Counted from the first letter of the stretch, positions 53,763 through 64,000 are shown. The stretch is DNA of 64,000 bases from an uncultured Bacteroidia bacterium (GCA_937936615.1 CALDDN010000007.1:4029-68028), one strand, 5' to 3'. Translations and numbers: made by a program. Notes: generated by a model from the sequence alone, not told the origin.

Positions 53763-54551
53763 TCAGTCAGTGCCTGCAGGGCTCTGCAGTTGAATCGTAA
53801 ATCCAGCCGTCCAGAACAGGTCGGCAGCGGCCACCCGCGGAGGCACCCAGCTTTCCCAGAGGTAGAGGAGCCGCGATTGCAGGGCAATCGACCGGTGCAG
53901 CTTCGACTGAAAGCCCGCCTGCAGAAACAGGCGTTGGTTCTCGGGCTGGGAGAAGCTTTGCTGGCCCCAGGCTTCGTAGCTTAAGGAAAGCCGGTCGGCC
54001 AGCAGAACGATTTGGCCAGCCAGCCGCGCCGTCAGGCGCATGACCTCCAACCGCCGGTGGGTCAGGGGGCCCAAACCTTCGAGGCGGTCGGCTGTGTAGT
54101 CGGTTCGTTCGGCCGTGGTTGACAGTGAAAATTTAAGTTGGCCCTGCCGTTGCCGTACGAACCAAACCGAGAGGCCCACTCCGACTTGAACGCGGTAGTC
54201 GATCTGGCGGCGCAGCTGGCTCTCGCTCAAGGCCATGATAAAGGGGTAAAGTCGCCGGTCGGGTCGCCAGTAAGCAAAGCATCGGGCCGTCCAATCGTTT
54301 TCGGTGCGGAAAGGCCCAAACGTGCCGTAGAGGTAGCGGATGCTGCCCTGCAAGCCAACCGGATGACGGTGGTGCGAACCGGCCACTTCACCAATGGCCA
54401 GGAAACGCTCGACATTACCTTGGGTCAAGCTGGAATTGAGGCTGGCCTGGCCTTTCCAGCGCAAGGTATCGCCTTCGGTCAACTGCGCCTGCACGGGCAG
54501 TGCCCAAAGGACTAATAGAGCGGCCCCAAGCATCCATCGCAAGCCCAACAT
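53763..54551 (-). CDS. DUF481-like outer-membrane beta-barrel protein
   Basis: The ATG at 54551 gives MLGLRWMLGAALLVLWALPVQAQ (262 aa). The pattern of alternating beta strands ends in an aromatic-rich C-terminus. The longer 427-aa track ORF has an implausible N-terminus. Confidence 0.7.
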   Translation of the reverse strand: MLGLRWMLGAALLVLWALPVQAQLTEGDTLRWKGQASLNSSLTQGNVERFLAIGEVAGSHHRHPVGLQGSIRYLYGTFGPFRTENDWTARCFAYWRPDRRLYPFIMALSESQLRRQIDYRVQVGVGLSVWFVRQRQGQLKFSLSTTAERTDYTADRLEGLGPLTHRRLEVMRLTARLAGQIVLLADRLSLSYEAWGQQSFSQPENQRLFLQAGFQSKLHRSIALQSRLLYLWESWVPPRVAAADLFWTAGFTIQLQSPAGTD

Positions 54552-54683
54552 GGTGCAAAGCTGGCACGGATTTCGGCCTGCGTATCCTATCTTACGAAAA
54601 ATCGAGTCGCTTACTTCGGCGTAAGCAATCCCCATCCGGGCATTGTCCCATGGCAAATCGCGACCGCGTAGCTTTGCATCGCC

Positions 54684-56273
54684 ATGCAGCAGTTGAATTA
54701 CTTTGGTCTGGCCGCTCTGGCCCGGGAACTGCAAGCGTGGATCGGGGCCAGCTGGGTACGCAGTTTCTCCCAACACAAAGACGAATGGGTGGGCACGCTG
54801 CGCCACGAGCGGCGGGTGCTGCATCTGCGGGCCAGCTGCCGCAGCACCCTGCCCTACCTGGTACCCGAACCCAGGTTCCGCCGTGCCCGAACCAACTCGG
54901 TTGATCTCTTTCCCGAATTGATCGGCAAAAAGGTATTGTCTTTCAGTGTACTGGAACTGGATCGCGTACTCGTCTGTGAGGTCAGCGAGGGCTGGAGTCT
55001 GGTTTTCAAGATGTACGGCAACCGATCGAACCTGCTGCTGCTGCACGAAGGGCGCGTGGTTGATCTGTTTCGGCGCAGCCTCAAGGAGGATTTCGACTGG
55101 CGTGTGGAACGGCCCCTGCTGGAAGTGCCCCTTCGGCTGCCGCGCTGGCCTGATGCACCGCTGGAAGCCGATGCCCCCGATCTAGAAGCCCGCTTGCGGT
55201 CGGTCTTTCCGGTGCTCGATGCCAGCCTGTGTCAGGCCATAGCCCGACGCCTGAAGGCGGGCGAGACGCCGGATGCTGCCTTGGCTCACATAGCCCACGA
55301 GGCTCAGGAACCGCCTTTCTGGCTGCTGGAGGTCGAAGGCCAGTTTCAGCTGCACCTGCTCAAGCCCTCCGCCGATGAGGGCAACCCGATGGCCTGCTCC
55401 AGTTTCGGCGAGGCCGTGCGTCAGTACGTGCACCGCGCCTTGAGCCGCGGCGACTACGACCAGCGGTACCGCCAGCTCGAAACGCTGCTAAAAAAACTGG
55501 GCCGATCGCTGCGACTCAAGGCTGAATCGCTAGCCCAAAGCCTGCAGAAACACGAACGCCGCCGCAGCGATGAAGAAATTGGCCACCTGCTCATGGCCAA
55601 CCTGCACGCCATTCCGCCCCGGGCCGAGTCCGTGGAAGTCTATGATCTCTACCGCGACCAGCCCCTGCGCATCGCCCTCGACCCCCAGCTCAATGCCCAG
55701 GAAAACGCTGCCTTATTTTACAAAAAACAGCGGGACCGCGAAGCCAAGTACCTGCACCAGCTCGAGCAGCAGGCCGAACTGCAAATCTTGCTCGCCAAGC
55801 TCGAGGCACTGGAGGCCCAATGGGCGACCGTGCACGACCGCGAAAGCCTGCGGCACTTCGAGCGGGAACATCGGGCCTTTCTGCAGGGTGAAACGATGCA
55901 GCAGGCTGCCCAGCTGCCCTTTCGGGAATACCTCTGCCAGGGCTACCGCATCTGGGTGGGGCGCAACGCCCGGAGCAACGACGCGCTGACTTTCCGTTAC
56001 GCCCGTAAACAAGATTGGTGGTTCCATGCCAAGGATGTGAGCGGCTCGCACGTGGTCTTGCGACGGCAAGGGACGCAGAATCCCCCCCTTGCCGTCGTCG
56101 AACGGGCGGCTGGACTGGCAGCCTGGTTTTCCAAAAGTCGCCACGAGTCCCTAGTACCCGTCTCGATGACCGAGCGGCGATTTGTACGCAAAAGCCGCCG
56201 CATGGCACCCGGGCAAGTCGCCCTGCAGCGTGAGGAGGTTCTGCTCATCGAACCCATGGCACCCGACCAGTAA
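54684..56273 (+). CDS. NFACT-family (RqcH/FbpA-like, DUF814) RNA-binding protein
   Basis: 529 aa with an NFACT-N-like N-terminus and a coiled-coil middle. The NFACT-R motif is GYRIWVGRNARSNDALTFRYARKQDWWFHAKDVSGSHVVLR. Confidence 0.8.
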   Translation: MQQLNYFGLAALARELQAWIGASWVRSFSQHKDEWVGTLRHERRVLHLRASCRSTLPYLVPEPRFRRARTNSVDLFPELIGKKVLSFSVLELDRVLVCEVSEGWSLVFKMYGNRSNLLLLHEGRVVDLFRRSLKEDFDWRVERPLLEVPLRLPRWPDAPLEADAPDLEARLRSVFPVLDASLCQAIARRLKAGETPDAALAHIAHEAQEPPFWLLEVEGQFQLHLLKPSADEGNPMACSSFGEAVRQYVHRALSRGDYDQRYRQLETLLKKLGRSLRLKAESLAQSLQKHERRRSDEEIGHLLMANLHAIPPRAESVEVYDLYRDQPLRIALDPQLNAQENAALFYKKQRDREAKYLHQLEQQAELQILLAKLEALEAQWATVHDRESLRHFEREHRAFLQGETMQQAAQLPFREYLCQGYRIWVGRNARSNDALTFRYARKQDWWFHAKDVSGSHVVLRRQGTQNPPLAVVERAAGLAAWFSKSRHESLVPVSMTERRFVRKSRRMAPGQVALQREEVLLIEPMAPDQ

Positions 56274-56315
56274 ATACGATTTAGCTACCTTTGTGAAGGA
56301 AATTCGACCAGTGGC

Positions 56316-56897
56316 ATGATCAATCCATCCATCGAGGCGCAGTTCGAGGAGATGATTACCGTTTTGCGGCGGTTTTCGACCCCGGACAACTTCGCCCGTA
56401 TCCGCAAAGCCGCCGGTGTGATGGCCCAAGCCATACGGTCGGGACAGAAGATCATCAGCTGCGGCAATGGCGGGTCGATGGCCGACGCCATGCACTTTGC
56501 CGAGGAACTGGTAGGCCGCTACCGCGGCGATCGTCCGGCCATGCCCGCCGTCGCCATCAGCGACCCTTCGTACTTGAGCTGCGTGGCCAACGACTACGGC
56601 TACGATGAAGTCTTCTCGCGCTACATCGAGGGCATGGGCAACGCCGGCGATGTCCTCCTCGCCATCAGCACCAGTGGCAACAGCCCGAATGTACTGCATG
56701 CCGCTATCACGGCCCGCACCAAGGATATCTACGTCATCGGCCTGACAGGCAATTCCGGCGGTGCGCTCGGCGGCATCTGCGACATCGAAATCCGGGTGCC
56801 GCATCAGGGCAGCTCCGACCGCATTCAGGAAGTACACATCAAAGTCATCCACTCGCTGGTCTACCTCATCGAGTGCGAGTTATGGCAGCTGATGTAA
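56316..56897 (+). CDS. gmhA: SIS-domain phosphoheptose isomerase
   Basis: 193 aa. Motifs are CGNGGSMADAMHFAEEL, ISTSGNSPNV and the C-terminal QEVHIKVIH. Confidence 0.8.
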   Translation: MINPSIEAQFEEMITVLRRFSTPDNFARIRKAAGVMAQAIRSGQKIISCGNGGSMADAMHFAEELVGRYRGDRPAMPAVAISDPSYLSCVANDYGYDEVFSRYIEGMGNAGDVLLAISTSGNSPNVLHAAITARTKDIYVIGLTGNSGGALGGICDIEIRVPHQGSSDRIQEVHIKVIHSLVYLIECELWQLM

Positions 56898-57017
56898 GGC
56901 AGTGCTGGCTACTGCGACCACTCGAAGGGTATCGAACATCAACAGTCGGGAGCGGCGGCCAACTGCAAATCCAGTGCCCCGAAAACATTCATGTGTAACA
57001 CCCTGAAAATTAAAACC

Positions 57018-57051
57018 GGATTGCAACCCAGCAGCTGGCAGGTTGCAATCC
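57018..57051. terminator. hairpin between convergent genes (putative terminator)
   Basis: A perfect 11-bp stem (GGATTGCAACC/GGTTGCAATCC) has a 12-nt loop. No clean T-run follows. Confidence 0.45.
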
Positions 57052-57102
57052 GACTTCAAGCCAATTTCGATTCACCGAACCCAACAGGCAGCTCGGCGAG
57101 CC

Positions 57103-57882
57103 TCAGCGGCCCTTCCACTGGGGGTTGCGCTTTTCGATGAAGGCACTCATGCCTTCTTTCTGATCTTCGGTGGCAAACAGCAGATAGAAATTCTTGCGCT
57201 CGACCAGCAGCCCCTGCTGCAGATGGGTTTCGTGCGCCTGCAGGACCGATTCCTTGGCCAGTTGCACGGCTACGGGCGGCATTGCCGCAATGGTGGATGC
57301 CAGCTTGAGGGCTTCATCGAGGTAGAGTTCCTGCGGAACGATGCGGTTGATCAGGCCATGTGCGTGGGCTTCTTCGGCAGTCATGAACCGACCGGTCAGA
57401 ATCAGTTCCATGGCCAGGGCCTTGCCCACGGCGCGGGTCAGTCGCTGCGTTCCCCCCGCCCCGGGAATGACTCCGAGCTTGATTTCGGGCTGACCAAACT
57501 GGGCCGTATCCGAGGCCACAATCAGATCGCAGAGCATGGCCAGCTCGCAGCCCCCCCCCAGAGCAAAACCACTCACGGCGGCAATGAGTGGCTTTTTGAA
57601 CCGCTTGATCACGTCCCAGCGGCTGAACTGGTCGCGGTTGTTCATATCGACCGCCGTTGCTTCGGCCATTTCTTTGATATCGGCACCGGCAGCGAAAGCC
57701 CGTTCATTACCCGTCAACACCACCGCCCCGATGGCGGCATCAGCTTCAAAGCCCTGCAGGGCCGTGATGATTTCTTCGATGACCGACCGGTTGAGGGCAT
57801 TTAGTTCCTTGGGTCGGTTGATGCGGATGAGGCCCACGCGGCGGTCGCTCAAGCTTTCGGTCAGGATATACTGGTAGCTCAT
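57103..57882 (-). CDS. enoyl-CoA hydratase (crotonase family)
   Basis: 259 aa. Motifs are RPKELNAL, FAAGADIKEM and GFALGGGCELAMLCD. Confidence 0.9.
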   Translation of the reverse strand: MSYQYILTESLSDRRVGLIRINRPKELNALNRSVIEEIITALQGFEADAAIGAVVLTGNERAFAAGADIKEMAEATAVDMNNRDQFSRWDVIKRFKKPLIAAVSGFALGGGCELAMLCDLIVASDTAQFGQPEIKLGVIPGAGGTQRLTRAVGKALAMELILTGRFMTAEEAHAHGLINRIVPQELYLDEALKLASTIAAMPPVAVQLAKESVLQAHETHLQQGLLVERKNFYLLFATEDQKEGMSAFIEKRNPQWKGR

Positions 57883-57981
57883 GAAGTAAAGAGACAGCTT
57901 AATGCCTTGGTTTTTTTTTCAGATAAACAAGGCTCAAGTTAGCTCAAAAGCCGGTGCTGACCAAAAGCCTGAAATCAGGCC

Positions 57982-58614
57982 TTACTCGAACCAGCCGAAG
58001 CGCAGCGTCAATGCTCCGTAAACGCCACTCAAGTTATCCACAGAGGGCAGATCGACCCCGCCGAAATACCGGTAGCCCGCTTCGATGGACAGGCGGAACC
58101 AAGGCGCTAAATTGACCTCCATGCCCGCCTGGGGACAAAGGGCTACAAAGTTCTCCTGGGCGTAGTTGTCGCCCGTTACGATGTCCAGGTTGTCAGGCAC
58201 CAGCTGGGCGGCCCCAAAGCCCAGTTTGGCCTGGCCGATGAAGTGCACGACTTTGCTGGCCGGCACACTATAACCCGTCCAGATGCCCCCCATGCCAACT
58301 TCGAGTTTCATACGCTCGCGGCGGCCTTCAAAGGGTATATTGTAAAAAATATCGTTGGACAAACCCTGCCCAAATCCGCCAATAAAGAATGACCGGTTGA
58401 ACAGAACGGCACCTCCACCACCGGTCATCACAGCAAATTTATTAGCCAACGTGCCGATTTCGACAAAGGGGCCGCCAAAGCCACCCACCTTCAAATCCGA
58501 ACCAATCAAATACTGCGACTTGTAGGGGCTGTCGCGACGAAAATCTTGATCCTGGGCCTGAACCCAGCTCAAACCCAACCAGCCCATCAGCAGAATCATG
58601 AGCAACTTTTTCAT
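57982..58614 (-). CDS. small outer-membrane beta-barrel protein (hypothetical)
   Basis: 210 aa with the signal peptide MKKLLMILLMGWLGLSWVQAQ. Gly/aromatic-rich alternating strands end in a C-terminal ...LTLRFGWFE. Confidence 0.6.
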   Translation of the reverse strand: MKKLLMILLMGWLGLSWVQAQDQDFRRDSPYKSQYLIGSDLKVGGFGGPFVEIGTLANKFAVMTGGGGAVLFNRSFFIGGFGQGLSNDIFYNIPFEGRRERMKLEVGMGGIWTGYSVPASKVVHFIGQAKLGFGAAQLVPDNLDIVTGDNYAQENFVALCPQAGMEVNLAPWFRLSIEAGYRYFGGVDLPSVDNLSGVYGALTLRFGWFE

Positions 58615-58725
58615 GTTTTCTTTAATAGGGAATTACAAACTATTCCAAATATACAGGCCTAATGTCAGGGCAAAAAATGAGCGGGCGCAGCTTTTGGTCT
58701 AGTTCATCTTTTTTTAGAACAGCCT

Positions 58726-60267
58726 TCAATCGATCGCCAGTACGACGCACTCCACCCGCCGGTTGAGGGCGCGGCCTTCAGGCGTCCGGTTGGGAGCCAC
58801 GGGCTGGGTGTCGGCATAGCCGCGTGCCTGCAGACGGGCAGGCGGAATGCCCTGCCGGATGAGCCAGTCGCGTACATGCTCGGCCCGCTGCTGGCTCAGC
58901 TTCTGATTTCGTTCAGCACTGCCGGTGCTGTCGGTATGGCCGGCCAGCTCGATGCGCAGTTGGGGATGTTGAACCAGCACCTCGTAGAGAGCCGCCAGTT
59001 CCGAACGCGACTGCTCCTGAAGCTGGTTGCTGCCCGAATCGAAAAATAGGTTGTTGAGCCGCAGGCGGTTGCCCGGCGCAAGAGGCACCAGTTCCAGATC
59101 GAGGGGCACCTGACGGAACCGCTGCTCGCGGGTCAGGTCGAGGCGTTCGTGGCGGCCCAGATGCCGGGGGGCACGGGCATAGAGGTCGTAATCGGAACCG
59201 GCGGGCAGGGCGATTTGGTAGCGGCCCGTCTGCGGCTCGGTGCGGGCCACGCCCAGGAGCTGGCCTGTCTGCAGATCGGTGTAGCGAATGGCCGCCGCCA
59301 CGGGCTGGCCATCGGCACTCGAGCGCACCGTACCGGAAACCAGCAGTACCGGACGTGGACGCAGCTCTGTGGGCAGGGCCATCTTAAAAATATCCACATT
59401 TCCATCCGGCGTGCTCGAGCAGAAGTAAGCCGTATCGCCGGCGGCCGTCAGGCTGAAGTAGGCATCCATTCCGGGCGTATTGAGAGGGGCACCCAGGTTG
59501 CGGGGGGGGCTCCAGTTCTGCCAACTCTCGTCGAGACGTGTCGTTACGAAAAGATCCAGGCTACCCAATCCCGGGTGTCCGTTACTGGCAAAGTAGAGCG
59601 TTTTAAGGTCGGAAGCCAGAAAGGGCGCGACTTCGTACTCGGTGGTGTTGACAACCGAACCCAGATTGAGGGGCCTGGACCAGGTACCGTTATCCTGAAG
59701 GAAGCTTACGTAAAGGTCCTGCATTCCGTTGCTGTCTTCGCCCTCAAACTCGAGCAACAGGGTGCGTCCATCATTGGCCAAAAAGAAGGAACTGGTAGTC
59801 GATTTACGGATAAAAGGCTCAAAATACTGCGGTTGGGGGGTAGCCCACTCATCGGGACCGGTTCGGGTGGCCAAAGCCAGACGGGGCTGGTCGGGGGGGG
59901 CATCGGGGGCGGTATTGCGCAGCACCAGGGTATTTCCGTCGGGTGTGAGGCCAAATACCGCACTGCTGGTCGAACCGTTGATCGGGGGGGGCAGGCGGCG
60001 GGCCGGTTGCCAGCGGCCCCGTGCGTCGCGCACCGAAAGCCAGACCTCCTGATGGGTTTTGCTGGGAGCTTCGGGATGGCCCTCCCGCACGAAATAGAGG
60101 CTGCGCCCGTCGGGACTGATGCGAGGTAACAGTTCCTTGTAGGGGCTGTTGACTGCCGGCCCGAGCGACTGAATTTGGCCCCGAAGCAATCCGGTAAGCC
60201 CCAGCAGCAGCCAGGCAGCCGACAGCAATCGAAGCCATAAACGCACAGGATGCGAATAATTATTCAT
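58726..60267 (-). CDS. OmpA-family protein with TolB-like (PD40) repeats
   Basis: The ATG at 60267 gives [26 protein letters not shown]; the ORF could extend to 60300. PD40-like repeats include SPDGRSLYF and TPDGNTLV. The C-terminal OmpA domain is [12 protein letters not shown]...[29 protein letters not shown]. Confidence 0.8.
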   Translation of the reverse strand: MNNYSHPVRLWLRLLSAAWLLLGLTGLLRGQIQSLGPAVNSPYKELLPRISPDGRSLYFVREGHPEAPSKTHQEVWLSVRDARGRWQPARRLPPPINGSTSSAVFGLTPDGNTLVLRNTAPDAPPDQPRLALATRTGPDEWATPQPQYFEPFIRKSTTSSFFLANDGRTLLLEFEGEDSNGMQDLYVSFLQDNGTWSRPLNLGSVVNTTEYEVAPFLASDLKTLYFASNGHPGLGSLDLFVTTRLDESWQNWSPPRNLGAPLNTPGMDAYFSLTAAGDTAYFCSSTPDGNVDIFKMALPTELRPRPVLLVSGTVRSSADGQPVAAAIRYTDLQTGQLLGVARTEPQTGRYQIALPAGSDYDLYARAPRHLGRHERLDLTREQRFRQVPLDLELVPLAPGNRLRLNNLFFDSGSNQLQEQSRSELAALYEVLVQHPQLRIELAGHTDSTGSAERNQKLSQQRAEHVRDWLIRQGIPPARLQARGYADTQPVAPNRTPEGRALNRRVECVVLAID

Positions 60268-60373
60268 TTCATTACGAAATCCCATGGAGTCATCTGCCAA
60301 AATCCATTACACTCAGCGGCAAACTTCGTACTATTGTTTGGTATCAAAACCCAATAGTCCATTTATCGGGAAC

Positions 60374-60865
60374 ATGGAACAAGCTCGAGTAGGCCTCATC
60401 ATGGGGAGCCGATCCGATTGGCCGGTCATGCAGGCAGCGGCCGACGTGCTTCATGAGTTGAACGTAGCCTTCGAAGCGCAAGTCGTATCGGCACACCGAA
60501 CTCCCCTGCGGATGGTCGAGTACGCGCAGACGGCACGCCAGCGCGGCCTGCAGGTCATTGTGGCGGGTGCGGGTGGCGCAGCCCACCTGCCGGGTATGGT
60601 GGCTTCGCTGACGATCCTGCCGGTGATCGGCGTTCCGATCAAATCGAGCCAATCCGTCGCTGGCCTCGATTCGCTGCTTTCGATCGTCCAGATGCCTGCC
60701 GGCATCCCCGTCGCAACCGTCGCCATCGACAACGCCCGCAACGCCGGGCTGCTGGCAGCCCAGATTCTGGCCCTGCACGATGAGCGATTGGCTGCCGCAC
60801 TGGAGAACTTCCGCGAGCACCTCCGCCAGCGGGTAGAAGGCATGAGCCTGGATTCCCTTGGCTGA
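60374..60865 (+). CDS. purE: N5-carboxyaminoimidazole ribonucleotide mutase
   Basis: The ATG at 60374 gives [19 protein letters not shown]. Motifs are [19 protein letters not shown] and PVIGVP. Confidence 0.9.
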   Translation: MEQARVGLIMGSRSDWPVMQAAADVLHELNVAFEAQVVSAHRTPLRMVEYAQTARQRGLQVIVAGAGGAAHLPGMVASLTILPVIGVPIKSSQSVAGLDSLLSIVQMPAGIPVATVAIDNARNAGLLAAQILALHDERLAAALENFREHLRQRVEGMSLDSLG

Positions 60866-60876
60866 GCAGCAGTTCC

Positions 60877-61722
60877 TCAAAACAGGAGCTGGGCCTTGGG
60901 ATAGGCGGCCCGCAGCCGGCTGCGACAGCTGGAAGCCAGCTTCGGGTTCTGCCTCAAATCGAGATACTCCAGGTTTGGAAGTGCATAGAGGCTTTCGGGC
61001 AGTTCACGCAGCTGGTTTTTACGCAGATCGAGCCGCCGCAGCTGTTTCCAGTCCGACACGTCGGCCGGCAGTTCACTCAGCTGATTGAAACTGGCATCCA
61101 GTTCCCGCAGCTCGCCGCAGCGGCTCAACGCATCGGGCAGCTGACGCAGCCGGTTGGTACGCAGGTTGAGCACCTGCAGGCGGGCCGGTGGGGTGTGCAG
61201 CGGCCAGTCGGTCAGTCCGCAGCCCTGCAGGTTCAGGCGTTCGAGCATGGGCAGACTGCCCAGCAGCTCGGTGGCGGCCTGCAGGGGGTTGTAACTCAAA
61301 TCGAGTTCCTGCAGGTTCTGCAGCCCGACAAAAGCAGCAGGTAGCTGGCGGATGAGGTTATCCTGCAGGTTGAGCACGCGGAGCTGGGTCAGGCGGCAGA
61401 CGGTTTCAGGCACATGACGCAGGCTGTTTTGGGCCAGGTTCAACCGCTGCAGCTGGTTCAGTTTGGAAAGGTCGAGTTGGATGCTGTCGATGACGTTGCG
61501 TGAAGCATCCAAATCCTGCAGCCGCGGAAGGCGCACCACACCGCCCGGCAGACGGCCCAGGCCATGCCACGAGAGGTCGAGCCGCAGCACCGAATCGGGT
61601 CTTGCCAGGGCGTGCGCCATGCGACGGTAGACCGGTCGGGAGGCGAGCATGGAATCGACCTGCGCCTTGGCCAGGATCGGCGATAGGGCAATGAGAAGCC
61701 AGCCGGTCAGGAGCCGTCTCAT
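60877..61722 (-). CDS. secreted leucine-rich repeat protein
   Basis: 281 aa with the signal peptide MRRLLTGWLLIALSPILAKAQ. About 9 LRRs are present, of the type LDLSWHGLGRLP, LNLAQNSLRHVP, LNLQDNLIRQLP and LDLRKNQLRELP. The ATG overlaps the aroA stop codon (ATGA at 61719-61722). Confidence 0.8.
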   Translation of the reverse strand: MRRLLTGWLLIALSPILAKAQVDSMLASRPVYRRMAHALARPDSVLRLDLSWHGLGRLPGGVVRLPRLQDLDASRNVIDSIQLDLSKLNQLQRLNLAQNSLRHVPETVCRLTQLRVLNLQDNLIRQLPAAFVGLQNLQELDLSYNPLQAATELLGSLPMLERLNLQGCGLTDWPLHTPPARLQVLNLRTNRLRQLPDALSRCGELRELDASFNQLSELPADVSDWKQLRRLDLRKNQLRELPESLYALPNLEYLDLRQNPKLASSCRSRLRAAYPKAQLLF

Positions 61723-63029
61723 TCGAAAGCAATTTCGTAGCCCACGGCTTGCAGGTGTTCCCAGAAATTAGGATAAGATTTGTTGACGACCGAGGGGTTG
61801 TGCAGCTGCAGTCGATCAACCATATTGACCAGCAGCGAAAAACTCAGGGCCATGCGGTGGTCTTCATAGGTTTCGATCGGGCCGGGGCTGGCGATAGGGG
61901 CCGGGGTGATTTTGAGACCGTCGTTAATGCGCTTGACGCCCACCCCCAGGCGGGTGAGCTGCTCGCAGATGGCCTGCACGCGGTCGGTTTCCTTGAAAGG
62001 CAGCGTTTTCAGGTTATTGAGCTTCGAAGGACCGTCGGCGTAACAGCTCAGTACGGCAAAAGTCTGTACTAAATCGGGCATCAGCTCAAAGTCCACATCG
62101 ATAGGCTTGACGAGGTTGCCCTGCTGGTTGAGTAGATGCAGGCCGGCCTCCTCGCGGCGCATCTGCAGGCCCCAGCCGGTAAAAATATCCAGTTGCTTGC
62201 GGTCGCCCTGCGCACTCTGCAGGTCGAGATTACAAAGAGTCAGGTCCGATTCAATCGTGGAAGCCAGTCCCAGCCAGTAAGATGCAGCCGACCAGTCGCC
62301 CCCTACACGATAACGATCGGCCGCAATGGTGTTGCTTTCCAGTTCGAGGCACGAAGCCTTCCATTTCCAGTCGATGCCCAGGGTTTTGAGCACCTGCAAA
62401 GTCAGCTCAATATAGGAACGCGAGACGAGGCGGTTGTCGTCGAAGTAGATACGGGTGCCGAGGGCCTGCCGGGGAGCTACCAGCAGCAGGGCCGAAAGCA
62501 TCTGACTGCTCTGGCTGACATCGATTTTGAAACTGGTCGGGTCGAGGTCCGGATTGCCCTGGATGCGAATGGGCAGACGCCCGGGTGCCTCCAGGTACTC
62601 AATATTGGCACCGACGTTGGTCAGTGTGTCGATAAGCGTAGCAATGGGGCGACGGCTGAGCTGATCGCTTCCCCGCAGAATGGTCGTCGTCGGCAGGAAG
62701 GTAGCCAAGGCCGTAATGAAACGTAAGGCCGTACCGGCATGGTGCAGGTCGACATCCAGTTCATCGGGGCGGGCATCGAGCAGGTGCCCCACCACCGTAC
62801 ACTGCGTCTCGTCGCGTTCGATGCCAATGCCCGCCCGTTCGAGAAAATCGATTACAACCCGGCTGTCGTCTGAGTGCGAATAGTTTTCGATGACAAAAGG
62901 CTTGGGCGAGAAGGCCCCGATGACCAAAGCCCGGTTGGTTTCACTTTTGGAAGGCGGCAAATCTATCGTACCCCGAAGTTGGAGGCCGGAAGGTCGCCGG
63001 ATGGTAACGAACTGGTAGTCGGACTTCAT
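61719..63029 (-). CDS. aroA: 3-phosphoshikimate 1-carboxyvinyltransferase (EPSP synthase)
   Basis: 436 aa. Motifs are LPPSKSETNRALVI, TYEDHRMALSFSLL and the EPSP synthase fold pattern. The start overlaps the aroB stop by 4 nt. Confidence 0.9.
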   Translation of the reverse strand: MKSDYQFVTIRRPSGLQLRGTIDLPPSKSETNRALVIGAFSPKPFVIENYSHSDDSRVVIDFLERAGIGIERDETQCTVVGHLLDARPDELDVDLHHAGTALRFITALATFLPTTTILRGSDQLSRRPIATLIDTLTNVGANIEYLEAPGRLPIRIQGNPDLDPTSFKIDVSQSSQMLSALLLVAPRQALGTRIYFDDNRLVSRSYIELTLQVLKTLGIDWKWKASCLELESNTIAADRYRVGGDWSAASYWLGLASTIESDLTLCNLDLQSAQGDRKQLDIFTGWGLQMRREEAGLHLLNQQGNLVKPIDVDFELMPDLVQTFAVLSCYADGPSKLNNLKTLPFKETDRVQAICEQLTRLGVGVKRINDGLKITPAPIASPGPIETYEDHRMALSFSLLVNMVDRLQLHNPSVVNKSYPNFWEHLQAVGYEIAFE

Positions 63030-64000
63030 GGACAGAGGGCCTGACGCATGGCGTGGGTGAGCACCTCATCAGCCACAACATAGCCCGGCGCGGCCGAACC
63101 GATAGCCGTCAACAGGCTGAGGCGAGTGCGCATTCCCATGTTTTTCTTGTCCTGCCGCACCCAGTCGAGCAGGGAGTCAACATCAATGACGGGCAAATTT
63201 ACTAAGAAATCCTGCGCTTCGATGTAAGCGCGAATGGCTTGACCGGCGGCTGGGTCCAAACCCGCTGCATGCTCCGAAATCAGGCTTTCGGCCCACATGC
63301 CGTACCAGATGGCCTCGCCGTGCAAGAGGGGATTCTCGGTGGTCAGGCTCGCGCTTTCGAGGGCATGGCCCAGGGTGTGGCCGAAGTTGAGCACCTCACG
63401 CAGCCCTTCCTCGCGGGGGTCTTGGGATACGATGGCTCCTTTGATGGCCAGCGACCGCTCCAGAACAGGCACCCAGTCGGTGGGGGGCCAGGCCAGCGTG
63501 CTCAATTCGGCCCAGTAACGGGCATCGGCAATCAAGGCATGTTTGACGACTTCAGCCCAGCCGGCCCGCAGTTCCCGCTGCGGCAATGTTTCCAGAAAGC
63601 CGGGCCAGACCCAGACCTGGCGGGCCGGTGCAAAGGCCCCCAGCTGGTTCTTGGCTCCCCGGTAGTTGACCCCGCATTTACCCCCGAGGCAGGCATCGGC
63701 CTGGGCCAGCAGCGTGGTGGGCAGAAAATCGAATTGCAAGCCGCGTTTCCAGACCGAAGCCGCAAAAGCCACCAAATCGAGCGTCCACCCACCTCCCAGC
63801 ACGATGACCCGTCCCCGCCGGTCCATGCGCTGAGCCGACAGAAAATCCCAGACATCGGCGCAGGTAGCCAGGGTCTTGCGCGTTTCGATGGCGTCAAGCA
63901 GCAGGACGGCCGTGTGATGGTCGGCTGCAGCCTGAAGCACCCACGGATGAAGCTCGCATACCCGCCGGTCAGCAACCAGAACCTGAGCATGGGTACGGTC
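63026..64000 (-). CDS. aroB: 3-dehydroquinate synthase (5' end runs off the window)
   Basis: Motifs are VIVLGGGWTLDLVAFAAS, GGKCGVNY and NFGHTLGHALE. The frame stays open upstream of the GTG at 63940 to the window edge (..AQVLVADRRVCELHPWVLQAAADHH..), so the true start is probably beyond 64000. Confidence 0.85.
   Translation of the reverse strand, partial: DRTHAQVLVADRRVCELHPWVLQAAADHHTAVLLLDAIETRKTLATCADVWDFLSAQRMDRRGRVIVLGGGWTLDLVAFAASVWKRGLQFDFLPTTLLAQADACLGGKCGVNYRGAKNQLGAFAPARQVWVWPGFLETLPQRELRAGWAEVVKHALIADARYWAELSTLAWPPTDWVPVLERSLAIKGAIVSQDPREEGLREVLNFGHTLGHALESASLTTENPLLHGEAIWYGMWAESLISEHAAGLDPAAGQAIRAYIEAQDFLVNLPVIDVDSLLDWVRQDKKNMGMRTRLSLLTAIGSAAPGYVVADEVLTHAMRQALCP

Overview
This is a GC-rich chromosomal segment with short AT-rich intergenic spacers. 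The gene content points to Bacteroidota: two proteins carry T9SS-type C-terminal sorting domains, and there are SprB-type repeats, a GWxTD protein, a DUF4397 protein, a DUF3822-rsmD pair and TAnnTTTG-like promoter boxes. I call about 50 protein-coding genes, one tRNA-Leu(CAA), one unclassified structured-RNA candidate and several hairpin terminators. I saw no rRNA, CRISPR array, transposase, integrase, phage gene or recognisable defence system. Most of the window is housekeeping: lysA, dps, hscB-like, a DUF1343/NamZ-like gene, a SurA-like PPIase, moxR, mgtE/mgtC, a Tat-exported SOD, pyrD, an M16 peptidase, a DAACS symporter, ribF, truB, a PhoD-like phosphatase, meaB, a GT2 glycosyltransferase, rsmD, a bestrophin-like channel, an NFACT/RqcH-like gene, gmhA, a crotonase, an OmpA-family gene, purE, aroA and aroB. 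The non-housekeeping core lies at about 11.4-30.9 kb. It has two divergent gene sets with three REC/GAF/PP2C (SpoIIE-type) signalling proteins, one of which has lost every catalytic Asp. It also has a membrane-anchored J-domain-LRR fusion, a DUF4397 T9SS cargo protein, a 3075-aa SprB-repeat adhesin and an orphan DUF1987 (SiaC-like) gene. The most novel-looking items are these four. (1) A terminator-capped noncoding stretch after tRNA-Leu carries three hairpins that display the same CUG7A string. (2) A REC-GAF-pseudophosphatase paralog lies upstream of mgtC-mgtE. (3) The J-domain/TM/LRR fusion. (4) A possible kinase-less partner-switch and adhesin locus. Many very long track ORFs are antisense or alternate-frame shadows typical of GC-rich DNA, and I rejected them. 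All family assignments rest on motif recognition by eye. No database search was run.
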